Part shown: piece by piece, positions 50,991-64,000 of the stretch
Layout of the letters: every line of letters starts with the position of its first letter
Numbering within the stretch: position 1 is the first letter of the stretch
Origin: Mobula hypostoma
Lineage: Eukaryota
Reading direction: 5' to 3'
Assembly (NCBI RefSeq): GCF_963921235.1
Contig: NC_086097.1
Location: forward strand, 207,888,001-207,952,000
Length of the DNA stretch: 64,000 bases
Position numbers and translations under genes: made by a program
The notes under the pieces: generated by a model
Database searches by the model: none
Seen by the model: the letters and a program-made list of their open reading frames with translations, nothing else
What the model was told of the DNA's origin: nothing

Positions 50991-51889
50991 GAAGACAAAC
51001 AAACTCCTTGCTGTCATATGCACGTGTGAAGCAAGGCATTCCTGATACAAATCCTACTATGCAATGCAAGCCAACATAATAGCCCCAGGGTTGCCATGTT
51101 GCTGGATAGCTTAGCCTAGGTGTCCAATGCCTTGAAATTCAGTAACATTAACTAAAGATTGGCTTTAACATGAAGAAAACCTAAAAATAATTTAAAACAA
51201 ATTAAAAATTCGAGTTGCCCTCCATGTGCCTCAGTCCTTTTCAGCAGTTCCTTCTCAATGAAATCAATCGCTACTGATTTAGTTGCAATTTGGACGGCTA
51301 CTAGTTCAGGTGCCACTTTTTGTATCTCAAATATCATTCTGATATTCTGAATGATGTTCATTCTGAGCTGCTGGACTCTAGGAAGGGTCAAATAGCTGGC
51401 AAAGTCCCAGAACATACACCATTAAGAACTTTGGGACATAGATATTCACATTGGTATTCTCAACTTCTTGGTGTAGACAAATACCAACAGTGCACATTTC
51501 TGAAAAAGTGAAACGTTAAAAATGTATTGGTAAGGACAAGAAGGGAATAATAAGGTTGCTTTGAACAATGCAGAAACATTAGCTGTATCATAAAGAATGG
51601 TATTAATTTCTAATGTAAAATTTACTGATTATAGTTCGAATAATTATTAAAATTTCTAAAGCCCTTCGAAAACTTTTCACTCTGCTTCTTAGTCATTTAA
51701 GAAAATGCCGCTGTCTCATAAGTGAGAGAGAAAAACACTTAAAAACCTTGAAAGTGATTAAATGTGTCAAGTACATTATTGAGTATTTTATCACAAAACT
51801 ATCAGGTTCCATTACAGAGGAGGGACTCTAATGTAAGAGTTTCAAATGTAAAACATCCCAAATTTCATATTAAAGAGATAAATACATAC

Positions 51890-52003
51890 CAGTTGTGGAC
51901 CATCAGTTTCTGTACTGCCAAAAGAGCATTGTAACGTACTTGCTGATCTTCATGATGCATATGGTTCATTACAAGTTGTTTGCCTCCAAGTTGCTCAATT
52001 ACA
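51890..52003 (-). CDS. ATP6V1H: ATP6V1H coding exon (equivalent to human exon 13), 114 bp
   Basis: cag|TGTAATTGAG...CACAACTG|gtatgt; [37 protein letters not shown](W), visible inside ORF 51865..52086. Confidence 0.97.
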
Positions 52004-52872
52004 CTGAGAAGCAAGCATTCACAATGAATAAAGGTTTGTGATTTTCTTTTTAAATTGTGACTTAACTGTATGTTGCAATCAGGCACCCAGGGCCTTCTAA
52101 ATCCAAAGAACGTAAGTTTAATGAGAAGGAGAAGATTTAAAAGGGATCTAAGGGGTAATCACACACACACCACACACACACAGCATATAGAATGTGCTGC
52201 CAGAAAAAGTGGTTGAGGCAGGTACAAAAGTGACATTTAAAAGGAAACTTAACAGCTACATGGGTAAGAAAGAATTGAAGAGATATGGGCCAATTGCCAT
52301 AAATGAAAAATTGAGATATATTGTGAATTTACCCGAATGATACTGAGAGTAAAAGAATTAAATATGAAGTTAGATTAAATGCATGATGGTTGTTCTCCTT
52401 TCAGAAGGGGTAATCCTAAACAAAATGGTCAGAGTCTAACTGGATGGCTGTTCTGAATTGCTTAAGCCTGTTTTTTTTTATATAAAAGAACTCAGTTGCT
52501 TTAAAATTTAGTTACAATTGTAAAGCTGAACCAGGAGTGAACGATGCCAACATTATGGACAAGCAGAAACAATTTTTTCAGTCCTTTGGGTATATACCTT
52601 CATCAGTGCAGCAATAATTCAAAATGAAAATTTAATGAAATACAGGAAATAACTTGATAAGGATCATGTTATATATAAATATGTTATATGCACTAACTGC
52701 TCTGTAACGTACTAGTATTTCAATGAATTTTAGATGCAGCTGAAGAATGCATATCTGATGTTGAATTACTGATGAAAGAAACTACCTTCTCGTTTTCACA
52801 ACAAATATCCACAAAACAATGATAATTTAGAATTACACTTTATGCAAATTTTAATCAGTGACGATATTTTAC

Positions 52873-52974
52873 CGTTTTCCCCGAGGGTAGTGACGCACAT
52901 ATTCACCAACGTCATGTGCAGCCACTGCCAAGACTTGCGGGTCATCAGAGACTTCCAAAAGTCTTGTTAGAATC
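52873..52974 (-). CDS. ATP6V1H: ATP6V1H coding exon (equivalent to human exon 12), 102 bp
   Basis: aag|GATTCTAACA...GGAAAACG|gtaaaa; [33 protein letters not shown](R); preceding intron is only 107 bp. Confidence 0.97.
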
Positions 52975-53081
52975 CTTAGCAATACAAAAATAGAGATTAG
53001 CATGCATTTCTTTCACATTGTAATCAAAAATTTAATTGTTTGAATGCTAGTGCAGTAATTGCAAATACTCGTTTAATTTAC

Positions 53082-53207
53082 TTCAGTAATTCATAATTTT
53101 TCTCATTCAATCTTGCAGCATTTTCTCGCCAGAATTTTTCTGATTTGTGAACAGGGCTCCACTCCAGACGTCCTGACTTCAGTTCAGAGCTATATTCATC
53201 AAAGGAA
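53082..53207 (-). CDS. ATP6V1H: ATP6V1H coding exon (equivalent to human exon 11), 126 bp
   Basis: cag|TTCCTTTGAT...TTACTGAA|gtaaat; [41 protein letters not shown](K); phase continuous with flanking exons. Confidence 0.97.
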
Positions 53208-54959
53208 CTGGAAGTGTAGAATGGTATGGGTGTGTGAGGGTGGGGAAGGTGGAATGGAAGAACAGAGAAAAAAAATCAATACTGCATCCATGTAAAACAA
53301 GAAATGCTTTGAAAATTACTGTATAGAAATTTAAAGCTTTTGGCCATGTGAATCAAATGCTGGCATTTTGTTCTATTTCAGTCCTTCCTTAACTCCATAT
53401 TTGTTTAGACTCCTTTTAGTTGAGTTCACCTCAATCATTCTCTGTGGTAGCATGTATCACATTCTCACCACTCTGGATAAAGTTGTTACTTAATATTTTC
53501 CTAACTGTCTTGTATTAACGGCTCTTTATTTTAACCTTCATTCACAGCAGAAATACTAAGTCTCCTCAAAACAATTCACGGTTTTACAATATCTATTAGG
53601 TCACTCCACAGAGCTCTCATTTTGAAGGAAAGTGCAGTTGCTTTTTTTAAAATTCTTTTCTGATATGACCACAGGTTTACTTTATCATCCATTGAATGAG
53701 GTGCATTTCCTCAACCTCCAGATGTTATCACAGAAGTTCCATAGGGAACTGCCCTGCCTCCCAGACCCTGCCCTCATCATAAGGAATGCTTGCTGCAGAT
53801 TGCACATTTTACAATTCCATTTCAATCCCTCAAAACAAAATAGTAGCCACCCACGCCTGTATGTCACAGGACATGCACAGCATTTCAAAATTGCTTAATA
53901 AATGGAAAACAAAAGTGGCAGTGTCGGGTAATGACCATCTCTACATCTAATCTTTAATATTCAATGGCCATACTTGGCTGAATTCCTCTTTACCACTATC
54001 TAGAAACTTAAATGAACCATAAAGAGAAATAGTACACTTACAAGAGCAAGCTAGAAGTTGGGTATCCTGCATTTCATATTTGGAGATGTTCACCAAGGTA
54101 GTACCTGATTTGGAATGTATTAGCTACAAGCAGAGGTTGGGCACACCTGCATTGTTTTCCTAAAGCACTGAAGGCTAAGGGGTGACCTTATAGAAGAATA
54201 TAAAATTATGAGAGGAAGAATAGACGAGGTAGTCCTTTTACCCCAAATTGGAATTGTTAAACAGTGGAGCGCTCAGGTTTATGGAAGAGGAAGAAAGTTT
54301 AAAGGACCTTTTTTACATAAAGTGCTTCATTTCAGAGTGGTATGTGCCAGGAATGCATTACTAGAGAGGTGGAAGTGGATATGATACCAATGTTTAAGTT
54401 GTATTCAGACAGACAAAGGAAACGGCAGCTGCTCTGCCTCTAGAGATGCTGTTTGATTTATATGCAGTTCGTTTTGTACAAATGTCACTTCCTGTTCATA
54501 AGCTGTTTATTTTTTAAACAACATTTCCTGCATGGTTTTATTTGAATTTTGAATTGGAACAAACATGATAGAAAGGCATTCATTTCCATCCACTCTTCAC
54601 TTGCCCTTGAAATAGCAATATCTTTTCATAAAGTTTTCTCACTTAAAGTCCTGAAGAAAGCTTCCAGCTCGGGTGATTTTTGAGAAGGTGTTTAACTCAC
54701 TGCCTAGCTCTGTCTACAACACACTGCGAAGCCAGTGAAGTGAAAAGCATCGCTGAGGACTGGAAAGGGGTCTGAACACTGTATGCTACAAGGTCAATTG
54801 CCAAGCCCTGGAAGTCAGGTTAGAATATGGTGCATTACTGAAATAAAATCACAATTAGTATAACACGCAGCGCAAACCCACGCCAGAGTTGAAGCAGCAA
54901 GAACGAGAGCAGTGAATGTTAAGTGTGAAGTTGAAATGCTAATGGATTAAAAAATTGTT

Positions 54960-56230
54960 TAGACATGGAGTAAATTTATGTTGAAGCTACACCGAGTGTG
55001 CTCAAGAAGGAGTGCGAAGCTGAGGCTGCTTTAGCACAGGCAAAGGTGTACAAAGCAGCAAAGATAGGAACCAGCTTCATGCCTTGCTCCACACCAAACT
55101 TTTCCCCCAATCCTCCTTCTGAACTCGCATCCTCTGCTTCAGGTTCAGATCCAAAGAAAGATAAATACTCATTTAACGTAGAAAGTGACAAGTGCCCAAG
55201 GTCACACAACTTGGTGGTTCACCACTTGATATGAGCACACGAGTGCTGAATACTGCACCACGTGCATCAGTGGCTCACCTTTCAACAGAAGCTACCACAG
55301 AACCAACTGCACAGCCCTCACTCGCTGCACCAGGCTGTGGTGATAAATCACCACTGGACAAAAGTTTGGGTGAGATGGTGAAACTGGCCAGAGAAGCCCG
55401 GAGGCAGATTCAGACTGAATGTGGACAAGACAGTCATCCTGAGAGTGGTGGAGAATCTGGGGAGGGTAGCAAGGAGAACTGGAGAAACAATAACAAAATA
55501 TTGCAGAACACGTATAGAGGAGAGACACAGTGCAGCAAGCACCAGTGGACTCCAGGGAAGTGAGCTAAGAGCTTATTAGCGTTGCAGAAGAATTAAACCC
55601 AGAGGTAAATTCAGGGCCAGCAACTTGGGCTACTGGTTCCAGCACACGCACAGCAGAACACAGCAAGAAGCTAGCTGAGTATCCATTCCATGTAGCTACT
55701 TACCACCTACATTCTAAACACATATTCTGGAACATAAATTATCAGAAGTGGAGCCAGTGGATTTGTCGTGGAGTCAAGAGGAGAGGGCTGCTTAACCCTG
55801 CGAACTCTCATTGACTGCAACTATATTCCCAACAACAGAGATGAAAGCACAGCTCCTGAAGCTGCACAGAGTCGTTCACATCTCAAGGACATAGCTGAGT
55901 ATTACTTGACTCTAATGCTGAGATACTCCTGTCACTTGGCAGAGACACCACCTGGGCACATAAGGTACGTGAACAGCACAATGGATGGCGCGATGTACCT
56001 CATGCCTAAAGACAGGACCTGGATTGGCTCATAGTGGTGAAGTTTGCATTGATGGTGCTCAACAGCCCACCGTCAGCACATTTAAGACTAATGTCCTGGA
56101 GAATGGGCGCCAAAGTCATCCAGACGCTGGCACATTTGTAAGCAACCTCTCTGTGCAGAGCAACTGAATCGGGCAAATGTCAGAATCCTCTTTGTTGTTC
56201 AAAGATAAGTGTATTCAGAAAATGTGCAGT
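54960..56230 (+). mobile_element. BEL/Pao-like LTR retrotransposon polyprotein remnant inside an ATP6V1H intron
   Basis: EAEAALAQAKV, TLIDCNYIPNNRDE..PEAA...HLKDIA, ILLSLGRD, GEVCIDGAQQPTVSTFKTNVLENGR resemble fish/amphibian BEL/Pao polyproteins. Confidence 0.7.
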
Positions 56231-56460
56231 GCATCACAAAGCAGGGACCTCTCCAAATCTCACGAATTCTGACTCTTTCTTGACTATGAATTGGAGGAAA
56301 TATTAAGAGGGCACAGATTCATATGAGCAGATAAATGCTCCCCACATGAAGAAACAGAAGCATATAATGGCAGTTATATGTCTTTGCTTTCATCATTTTT
56401 ACCAATGTTAACTACATTACATCAGACCTTCAGTCACAGATAACTATGAACATAACTAAC

Positions 56461-56639
56461 CTAAGATCTTGGACACTTTCTCCAAGCTTTTCCAGTAGAA
56501 ATTTGATGTCATCAGCAATGTCTTCATCATCGTATTTCTGCTGCTCAAGATTCTCCAACTGTTTAAGAACCTTGCACTGGATCATTGCAAGTGCATATTC
56601 CTGATGTGTTTCTCTTTCCGCAGATTTTTCCAGAAGATT
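56461..56639 (-). CDS. ATP6V1H: V-type proton ATPase subunit H, internal coding exon (equivalent to human exon 10), 179 bp
   Basis: Minus strand cag|AATCTTCTG...GATCTTAG|gttag; translates NLLEKSAERETHQEYALAMIQCKVLKQLENLEQQKYDDEDIADDIKFLLEKLGESVQDL(S), near-identical to vertebrate ATP6V1H. Confidence 0.97.
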
Positions 56640-57969
56640 CTGTTGAAAATAAATTGATCAAACGTTATTTATATTTTTACATATTTGTCTCCAAAAAAAT
56701 AACAACACTCATTTCTATTATTGGAGCTCCTAACATTCGCCAGCACTCATTTTAAAAAGGAGCAAATGTAAACACAAGGGACACAAACGACAAAATGCAC
56801 ATGCACACCCTGTGGTTACAGGGGGAATGTGTAAATTACACACAGATAGGACAGGGCTTCAGAGCTGTGAAATTCAATCCTTTCTCAACACTTTCAAGAT
56901 ATAAACAGCATTTGTGCTGAGCTGACAATTGGAAAATATTTTTCAGACATGCAAGTACGAGACACCCTTTCTACCACGGTACCAAAGCATCACTGTCCTA
57001 TATTTCCTAACACTGAGAGTCACTATTGAAGGTTAACTGGAACAACAGCACAAAGACTGATCAATTTTAAACTGTAGCTTGACCATAGAATTTTATTTTA
57101 GCCATAATGACTTCTGTGGATTGTCTTGATCTCTAGTAGTCCACATTGGAACTTACCCAAGGATAAAAGTTTCCTTAAATTAATCCATTGTGGCAACTCT
57201 AAAAAGAATTGAATTAAAGAATCTGGTCATAACTAACTTGAAATACTAAGCATAATATAGCTCATCATACTCAAATGTCTGGGAGACAGTGCTCCTTCCA
57301 CCCTTTACATTGGTCTGAGAGCTCCTGAGAAATGACAGTGAACCCAAGGTTCTCAATATCATGCCACATGCTGCTGCATCTTTTTGAGTGACCATGGGCC
57401 AGGTAGTCACATGAGTTGGCACTTACACCACATAACTCTAATTTTAAAAATGTGAAGAGAACATCAGTAAATCTGTAGTTATGTTTCAGATGAAGGAAAA
57501 GCCAGACTTACTAAGCTATCATTAGATTAATATGGAAGAAAACATTCCATCATACACTGAAACCTGGACCAATCTTCACATGCAAATGACATGAATTATA
57601 TACACTTAAACCCTTCCACTTGTCACTGTCAAGTGATACTTGCAGAAATAACAAATTTCTGATCACTGTTCATGGATTGTGACAAGTATGTTTTGTGCAT
57701 GTTAACATTAGGACAGTCATCAGAATCAATTTCGGTTTAGAAAATAATAGAGCTACAGCAGCAGGCCATGTGTTTCTGCAATTGCTCTGCTATTGATCAT
57801 AGTTGATAGTTTGCCATAAATACACTCTACTACCGAATAACCACTCCCTTTAATTGCTTTCATAACCAGCCCTGAATATTCTCCTATGTGTGCCCCAACA
57901 GCAGCACCATCAGCAACACCAACCCCCAGGTCAGAATCACTGACAGTATCCAAATAAAAAATGCTGATG

Positions 57970-58235
57970 CCACGGGAGCATAGCAGTTAGTGCGACACCA
58001 TTGCAGCTTGAGGTGCCAAAGTTCAAAAGTTAATCCCAGCGTCCTCTGTACATCCTTCGCATTGAATGTGTGGGTTTTCTTTGGGTGCTCCAGTCTTCTC
58101 CCAGAGTCCAATGACGCAGTGGGTAGGTTAACTGGTCATTGTAAATTGTCTCGTGATTAGGTGAGGTAAAATCAGGGTGGTTGAAGGTGCAGTTCGAAGG
58201 GCTGGAAGGGATTATTCTGCACTGTATTTTGAAAT
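57970..58235 (+). mobile_element. HE1-like V-SINE
   Basis: Decayed tRNA-like head, V-domain GTGGGTTTTCTTTGGGTGCTCCAGTCTTCTCCCAGAGTCCAA, GGTTAACTGGTCATTGTAAATTG; related minus-strand pieces at about 56790-56850 and 59340-59435. Confidence 0.7.
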
Positions 58236-59469
58236 GAGTAAATTTTTTTTAAATGCCGATTAATGCAGAATCAATTTTGCTCACTGGCTATAAGGATTGG
58301 AACCAACCAGCTTTTTGATTGAAGTATCAAGAGTAAAATTATCCAACCCGAAGACTGGAACAATTATAAATGTACAGGAAATGTGCTTCTTCCCAGGTAA
58401 ATTATTGAATTCTTTAATCTCAGTAATATATGAAAGCTAAACTGCAAATAATGGTATTGATTTTGAAGTTTAAAGATTATTGAAATGGATATTGCATGAT
58501 ATTAACAAACCCTTTCAATTTATTTTCTTACAAAGACAAAAGTGATGGCAATAAAATACTCAACAGATCGACCCTGTAGCAGAAACACAATGTTACCTTG
58601 TGGCCCATTTTTCAATGAGCACCTTACTCTAGTGTCCATGCCAAATTAGAAGTTCGTAAATTTCATACTTGCAAGACCTTCCTTTTCCACCCCATCATTG
58701 TCCAGTAAGAGTTCAATCATTGTCTAATGTATAAACATTTCACATGCTGTCTGATCTACAGTGGCTTCGTGGATGAAGAGTGGGAGATACACAAGAATGT
58801 AAATTTGCAGTAGATCCAAGAGTTCAGGCTTTGGACAAGCAAGAAAAGTTAGATGCATTTATTATTTTTTCTGATGTTTTATCTGAAGTTTTATTAAAGC
58901 CTGTTGTGTTAAGAAAACAGCCTACAAGAATACAAGAACTTCAGCTGAATGAAGCTTAGAGTTTCAGAGGTGAACAAAATACCAAGATACCACGGGGGGA
59001 TAGGGCGAGGGGAAAAGAAGAGAAAAACATTCTTCGCAATTGTCTTTACATTTTAATGGGGGAAACACTGAGTTAGATATCTGGGTAGGGGGTAGGAGAT
59101 AGAAAAAGCTTTATGAAAAAGAGAGGGCAACGAAGGAGAACAAAGCAGAGTTAAGATTATAAAATACTTTGGGATTTTCCTTGATTAAGAGCATGAGGGT
59201 AACCAAAGAAAGAGCTAAACTAATGCTTACATTACAGAGCTTAATACCACTTCAACAGCAAATGCAATTTGTTAATTACTGCATATTTAACTAAGGCACA
59301 ATATTGCCATAATCAGGCTAAAATGTGTTCCTATTTTAAATTTACAGTGGCCAATTAACCAATCAACCTGCGCATCTCTTCAGTATCAGAAGAAACTGGC
59401 ATGACAGGAAATACATGCAAACTCCACACTGAACCCTGGTATCTAGTGGTGAGGCAGATCGCGGATCCC

Positions 59470-61225
59470 ACTCAACCGCATACATCTGTCTTCTTGCCAT
59501 ATCCTTTGATGCCCTGATCAATCAGGAAACTATCAACTTCCGCTTTAAATATACCCACAGATTTGGTCTCCACCACAATCTGTGGCAGAGCATTCCACAG
59601 ATTCACTACTCTCCGACTAAAAAATTCCTCCTTACCTCTGTTTGAAAAAGTTGCCCCTCAATTTTGAGGCTGTGTCCTCTAGTTCTGGATACCCCCACCA
59701 GAGGAAATATGCTCTCCATATCCACCTTATCTGGTCTTGTCAATATTCAGTTGGTTTCAATGAGATCCCCTTGCTTTCATCTGAACTCCAGCGTGTACAG
59801 GCCCAGAGTTGCCAAACGCTCCTCTTATGTTTCCTTTCTTTTGCATTCTTCCCTTCTTAAAGAGTAGAGTGACATTTGCAATTTTCCAGTTTTCCAGGAC
59901 CATGCCAGAATCAAGTGATTCCTGAAAGATCATGACCAATGCATCTGTTATCTCTTCAGCAACCTCTCTCAGGACTCTGGGATGCTGTCCATCTGGTCCA
60001 GGTGACTTATCCACCTTAAGATCTTTCAGTTTGCCTAGTACTTTTTCCTTTGTAATAGCAATGGCACTCACTCCTGTTCCCTGCCCCTCACGGAACTCTA
60101 GCACATTGCTTCAACCTTCACTCTGGAAGACACTGGCAAAGTACTAAGTTCATCTGCTATTTCTTCGTTTCCTATTACTAGCTCACCAGTATGATTTTCC
60201 AGCATCAACTCTCACCTCCCTTTTTATATAACTAAAAAAACTGTTAGTAACCTGCTCTATATTATTGGCTAGTTTGCCCTCATATTTCATCTTTTCCCTT
60301 CTTATAGCTTTTTTAGTTGCCTTTTGTTGGATTTTAAAAGCTTCCCACTCACTTTTGCTACCTTATATATGTGCTTTCCTTCGCTTTTATGCAGTCCTTA
60401 ACTTTCCTTGCCAGCCATGGTTGCCTACCCCTGCCTTTTGAGAACTACTAATTCTATGGGACACATCTATTCTGCATCTTGTGAACTATTCCCAGAAACT
60501 TCAGCCACCTCTGCTCTGTTGTCATCCCCGCCAGTATCCTCCTCCAATCCATCTGGGCAAGCTCCTCTCTCATGCCTCTGTAATGCCTTTTATTCCACTG
60601 CAATACTGATACATCTGACTTATGCTTCTCCCTTTCAAATTGCGTATGAATTAAATCATATTATGATTACTGCCTCCTTAGGGTTCCTTTATGTTACGCT
60701 CCCTAAAAAATTTGGGTTATTACACAACACCCAATCTAAGATGGTCTTTCCCAAAGTAGGCTCAAGCACAACCACGTCACCTCTTTCTAAAGGTGTAATT
60801 CCATCTCTTACCAATAGAGCCACACCACCACCTATGCTATCCTGCCTGTCTTTTCGATACAAGGTATATCTTTGATGTTAAGCTCCCAACCTATGGCCTT
60901 CCTTCAGCCACAACTCAGTGATATCCACAATGTCATACCATCCAGTCTCTAATTGCACCACGAGTTCGTCCACTTTATTTCAAATGCTATGCGCATTTAA
61001 AGACAGCACCTTCAATCCTACATTTTTCACCTTTTTGAATTTTGCCTCTGTGATACAATTCAACTCTTTGCTCTGCCTGCATTTGTACCCAACAGCTGGC
61101 TTCTCCTTCCTTACATTCATGTTACACCCATTTACTTGTAAACCTGCTGGCTCATCCTCAGCTCTATCTTACTGGTTCCCATCCCCCGCTACATTAGTTT
61201 AAACCATTCCAACAGCTCTAGTAAA
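59470..61225 (-). mobile_element. Internally deleted CR1 ORF2 remnant
   Basis: [33 protein letters not shown] joined directly to 3' RT sequence; APE start near 60950-61020. Confidence 0.85.
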
Positions 61226-62099
61226 CTTGCTAACGTCATCTATGTAAAACATTTTGACTTTATGAAGATTACAATGAAGGACATTAAAAAGAAGTCATGA
61301 ACAGGAAACTGTCATTTTGGTCTCAAAAGTTGCAATAGTTTAAAAAGCAAATATCAAAATTAATATATTACATCTTTACTGTTTTCCATTAACCAAAGAA
61401 ATTATTTATATTATGGTAGTAGTGGTATTATGGTTTTGGTATGGAGTGATCCTTGCCTCAGACTGCTTTCTATGGAGACAGAAATACACATGACAACAAC
61501 ACTGGCACTTCGGCAGTTGAAATACAGAGCCAGGACCTTACTGAAGATGACTAATGTCATGTTATTAAATATTTAATAAAAGCAAATGATTAGTCCAATT
61601 CAAAATGAACATCAAAGTAGGTTTTAGAAACTGAGAGAATAGTTAATAAACAAAAAGCAAATGCTTTCCCTTTTAAGATGTTATTGTGTTACAATGCACC
61701 AACAAGCTAGAAGCTTCTCTGTCTGCTGGATTCATTCTCCAAACTGGAATAATTTTGTTGTAATTTGTATTCTAAATGTCCAAAGCACAAACAGCTGTTT
61801 ACGTTGTTCACTACAGCTTTCAGAAGTCAAATAATAACCAATTACCCTGAGGTGGTAATTTAATAGCTACTGTGAAACTTCTCCGGCCGCCAGGTTTTCT
61901 ACAAGAACTTCATTTCATTTTTGCAATTTCTGTGTTTCAATCAGAATATTTTTTAAAACAACATTTTCTGCACCAGTGTTTCAGACAGCTCTTCTTACTT
62001 CCCTAACTTCGGCTCTGCTGTGCCAGACCAGACACTCCATTTTCTGCACTTTTGCCTCACCTCTTTTCTCCTAATCAAAACAAGGAAACCTTTCACAAT

Positions 62100-62720
62100 G
62101 AATGGAAAATTGTCCAGTTTCTAACAGCTTCAAAATTCTATTACATTTTGCATCTTCCTGCTCTCTTCCAACATTCTATAGAGAGATTATGCCCCTGGGA
62201 CTGACTTCTACCACTCTTGCTTCTCCATTGCCAGCCCCGTCCTTGCAACTTCTTTTCATACAAATGCAAAAGGTACAATATGCCCATTTATCTTGTTCTT
62301 TTGCACCAGTGATCCTGCTAAATCTGCCTTTCTTCCAATTCAATATTTTCTTTTGGTGTTCAGAATGTGGTCCTTGGGGAAACTAAAAGCAGACTGGTTG
62401 ACCACTGCAGAATACAACCTTTCAATCCACAAGGGCAACTTGAAATTTCCAACTGCCTGTCAATTTAATTCTCCAAACACGATTTTGTCCAAACAATATA
62501 ACAGGCCAACAATTAGTGCCAAAGTTTAACACAAGTTCAACAATGTAACCTTGAAAGACAGCACCTGCTCTTCTCTCTAAGCAAATTGCATCCCTTGGGA
62601 CTAAATGAATTCACTTCCAGAAAACCAGCCTCTGTGCTAGAATGAGTCAATTCTGATGGAAGGTAATCCACCTGTAACTACCTCAGTCTTTCTATTCCAC
62701 CTTCCCACACTCATCACCTA
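62100..62720 (+). mobile_element. Penelope-like GIY-YIG endonuclease remnant
   Basis: NIFFWCSECG..GETKSRL.D..AEYNLSIHKGNLKFPTACQFNSP (cf. IYCI.C..CG..YIGET.R.L..RF.EH...PVA.HFNS). Confidence 0.65.
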
Positions 62721-64000
62721 CCTTCCCCCAGGAAAAAAAACTTTTCCCAATCTGTTGGGCATTATCAGCATTTTTTATTTCAGTTTTCCAGGGAACTGTT
62801 GGGTGTTTCACATTTTTCCACATGCCCCCTTCTCTAACTATCTTTATTCACGCTTATCTTATTTTCATTCCACCCGACAGGACAAGCGTGATTAACCAGC
62901 ATTCCCTTAGTTGTCATCACAACCTATTTTTCATTCAGAAAGTCTTAGATGTCTATCACATCAAAGACATTCCTTGGGTTCACTACATCCACCTGAACTG
63001 TGCATCTATGAACAATTATTAAACTGATACATTAAAATTATTCCACTTCACACAGATGTTGCTTGACACAAAATAACCACAAAAATGGTGGGAGTGTTTA
63101 GCCTTCTGAGCTTTTTGATTTTTTTGGATTGATTTGTTAACATGAATTCTACATATTTAAAAAAAAAATTCTACTGCAAGTACATGAGTAATCAGACTTT
63201 TAAATTTATTCTTCTGATAGGAAACAAATTGGCCAAGCTGAAAAACTGAAGCTGTACTACCCTGGGGACCAAAGTAAAGTTTTAAGACTTAATCCAATAC
63301 CTACTGTAAATAAAGCTTCCAAACAGATAAGGTTATCTGAAGTATTAAAATTCAATCATGAATACACCAGGGGTTTGGTAAGTCATGAATCACCCAAAAT
63401 GATCAGAAATACTAGAACCAAAATAATCTAGAGTAAACCTTAAAACATAAAATATAAAATTCTCCTAGGAATGACTGAGTGAATTCCTTCAAGGACAGAG
63501 AATTCAAAACTTAATTTTAGAATCATGTTAAGAAAATATGGATATGCAATTTGATAAACCAGTTAAGTTTCTTCTGCATAAAATATTATTGAAAGTGCAT
63601 TTAACTCTCTTAGAAAGTACATTTAAATACAATATTTAACATATTAAACAACCTTACTACCTGTATTAACATTAAGTGACAGCCAGAGCATTCTCATTTA
63701 TCTTCCATGCAGATTAAAACAATCTCAACAGGAATATTTTTATGCAATAGACTGCACAAAGTTCAAAGTAAATTTATTCACAAATTATGTTTATATCACT
63801 ATATATATCATTGAGATTAATTTTCCTGCAGGCATTCATGGTAGAACAAAGAAATACAATAGAATCAATGAAAAACTACACAGAAAAAGTGACAAGGAAT
63901 TAATGTAAAAAGACAACAAACTGCACAAATACTAAATAAATAAATCTGAGAACGTATTGTAGAGTCCTTGAAAGTGAGACATGAGGTATAGAGTATTTGA

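Noticed and set aside
51865..52086. 73-aa ORF as a standalone gene
   Set aside because: It is an ATP6V1H exon read through into flanking intron sequence
56640..64000. Next upstream ATP6V1H exon (…QESVKEKVTRIILAAFR)
   Set aside because: Not found by eye on the minus strand; probably lies beyond the window end

Overview
Repeat-dense vertebrate genomic DNA, most likely from a cartilaginous fish (shark/ray-type CR1, HE1-like V-SINE and Penelope repeats; this taxon call is inference). The only host gene I can support is ATP6V1H (V-ATPase subunit H). Its last five coding exons lie on the minus strand (56639 down to the stop at 43324), all with canonical splice sites and an open phase. The rest is mostly transposon debris: several CR1 LINE subfamilies (nested, one copy a single 2-bp deletion from a continuous ORF2), Rex1/Babar, L1, probable Nimb/I-group, Gypsy and BEL/Pao remnants, two solo LTRs with 4-bp TSDs, SINEs and a Tigger-like element. 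Most notable: (1) a Tc1 transposon very close to salmonid Sleeping Beauty in both transposase and IR/DR, suggesting horizontal transfer; (2) several Penelope-derived copies carrying minimal hammerhead-ribozyme motifs, one inside a ~180-bp foldback; (3) a non-autonomous RTE-like element and a tRNA-headed SINE sharing a 3' body, the former with a non-canonical HDV-ribozyme-like arrangement. Family names come from recalled motifs, not database searches; repeat boundaries are approximate unless a TSD or TIR is quoted.
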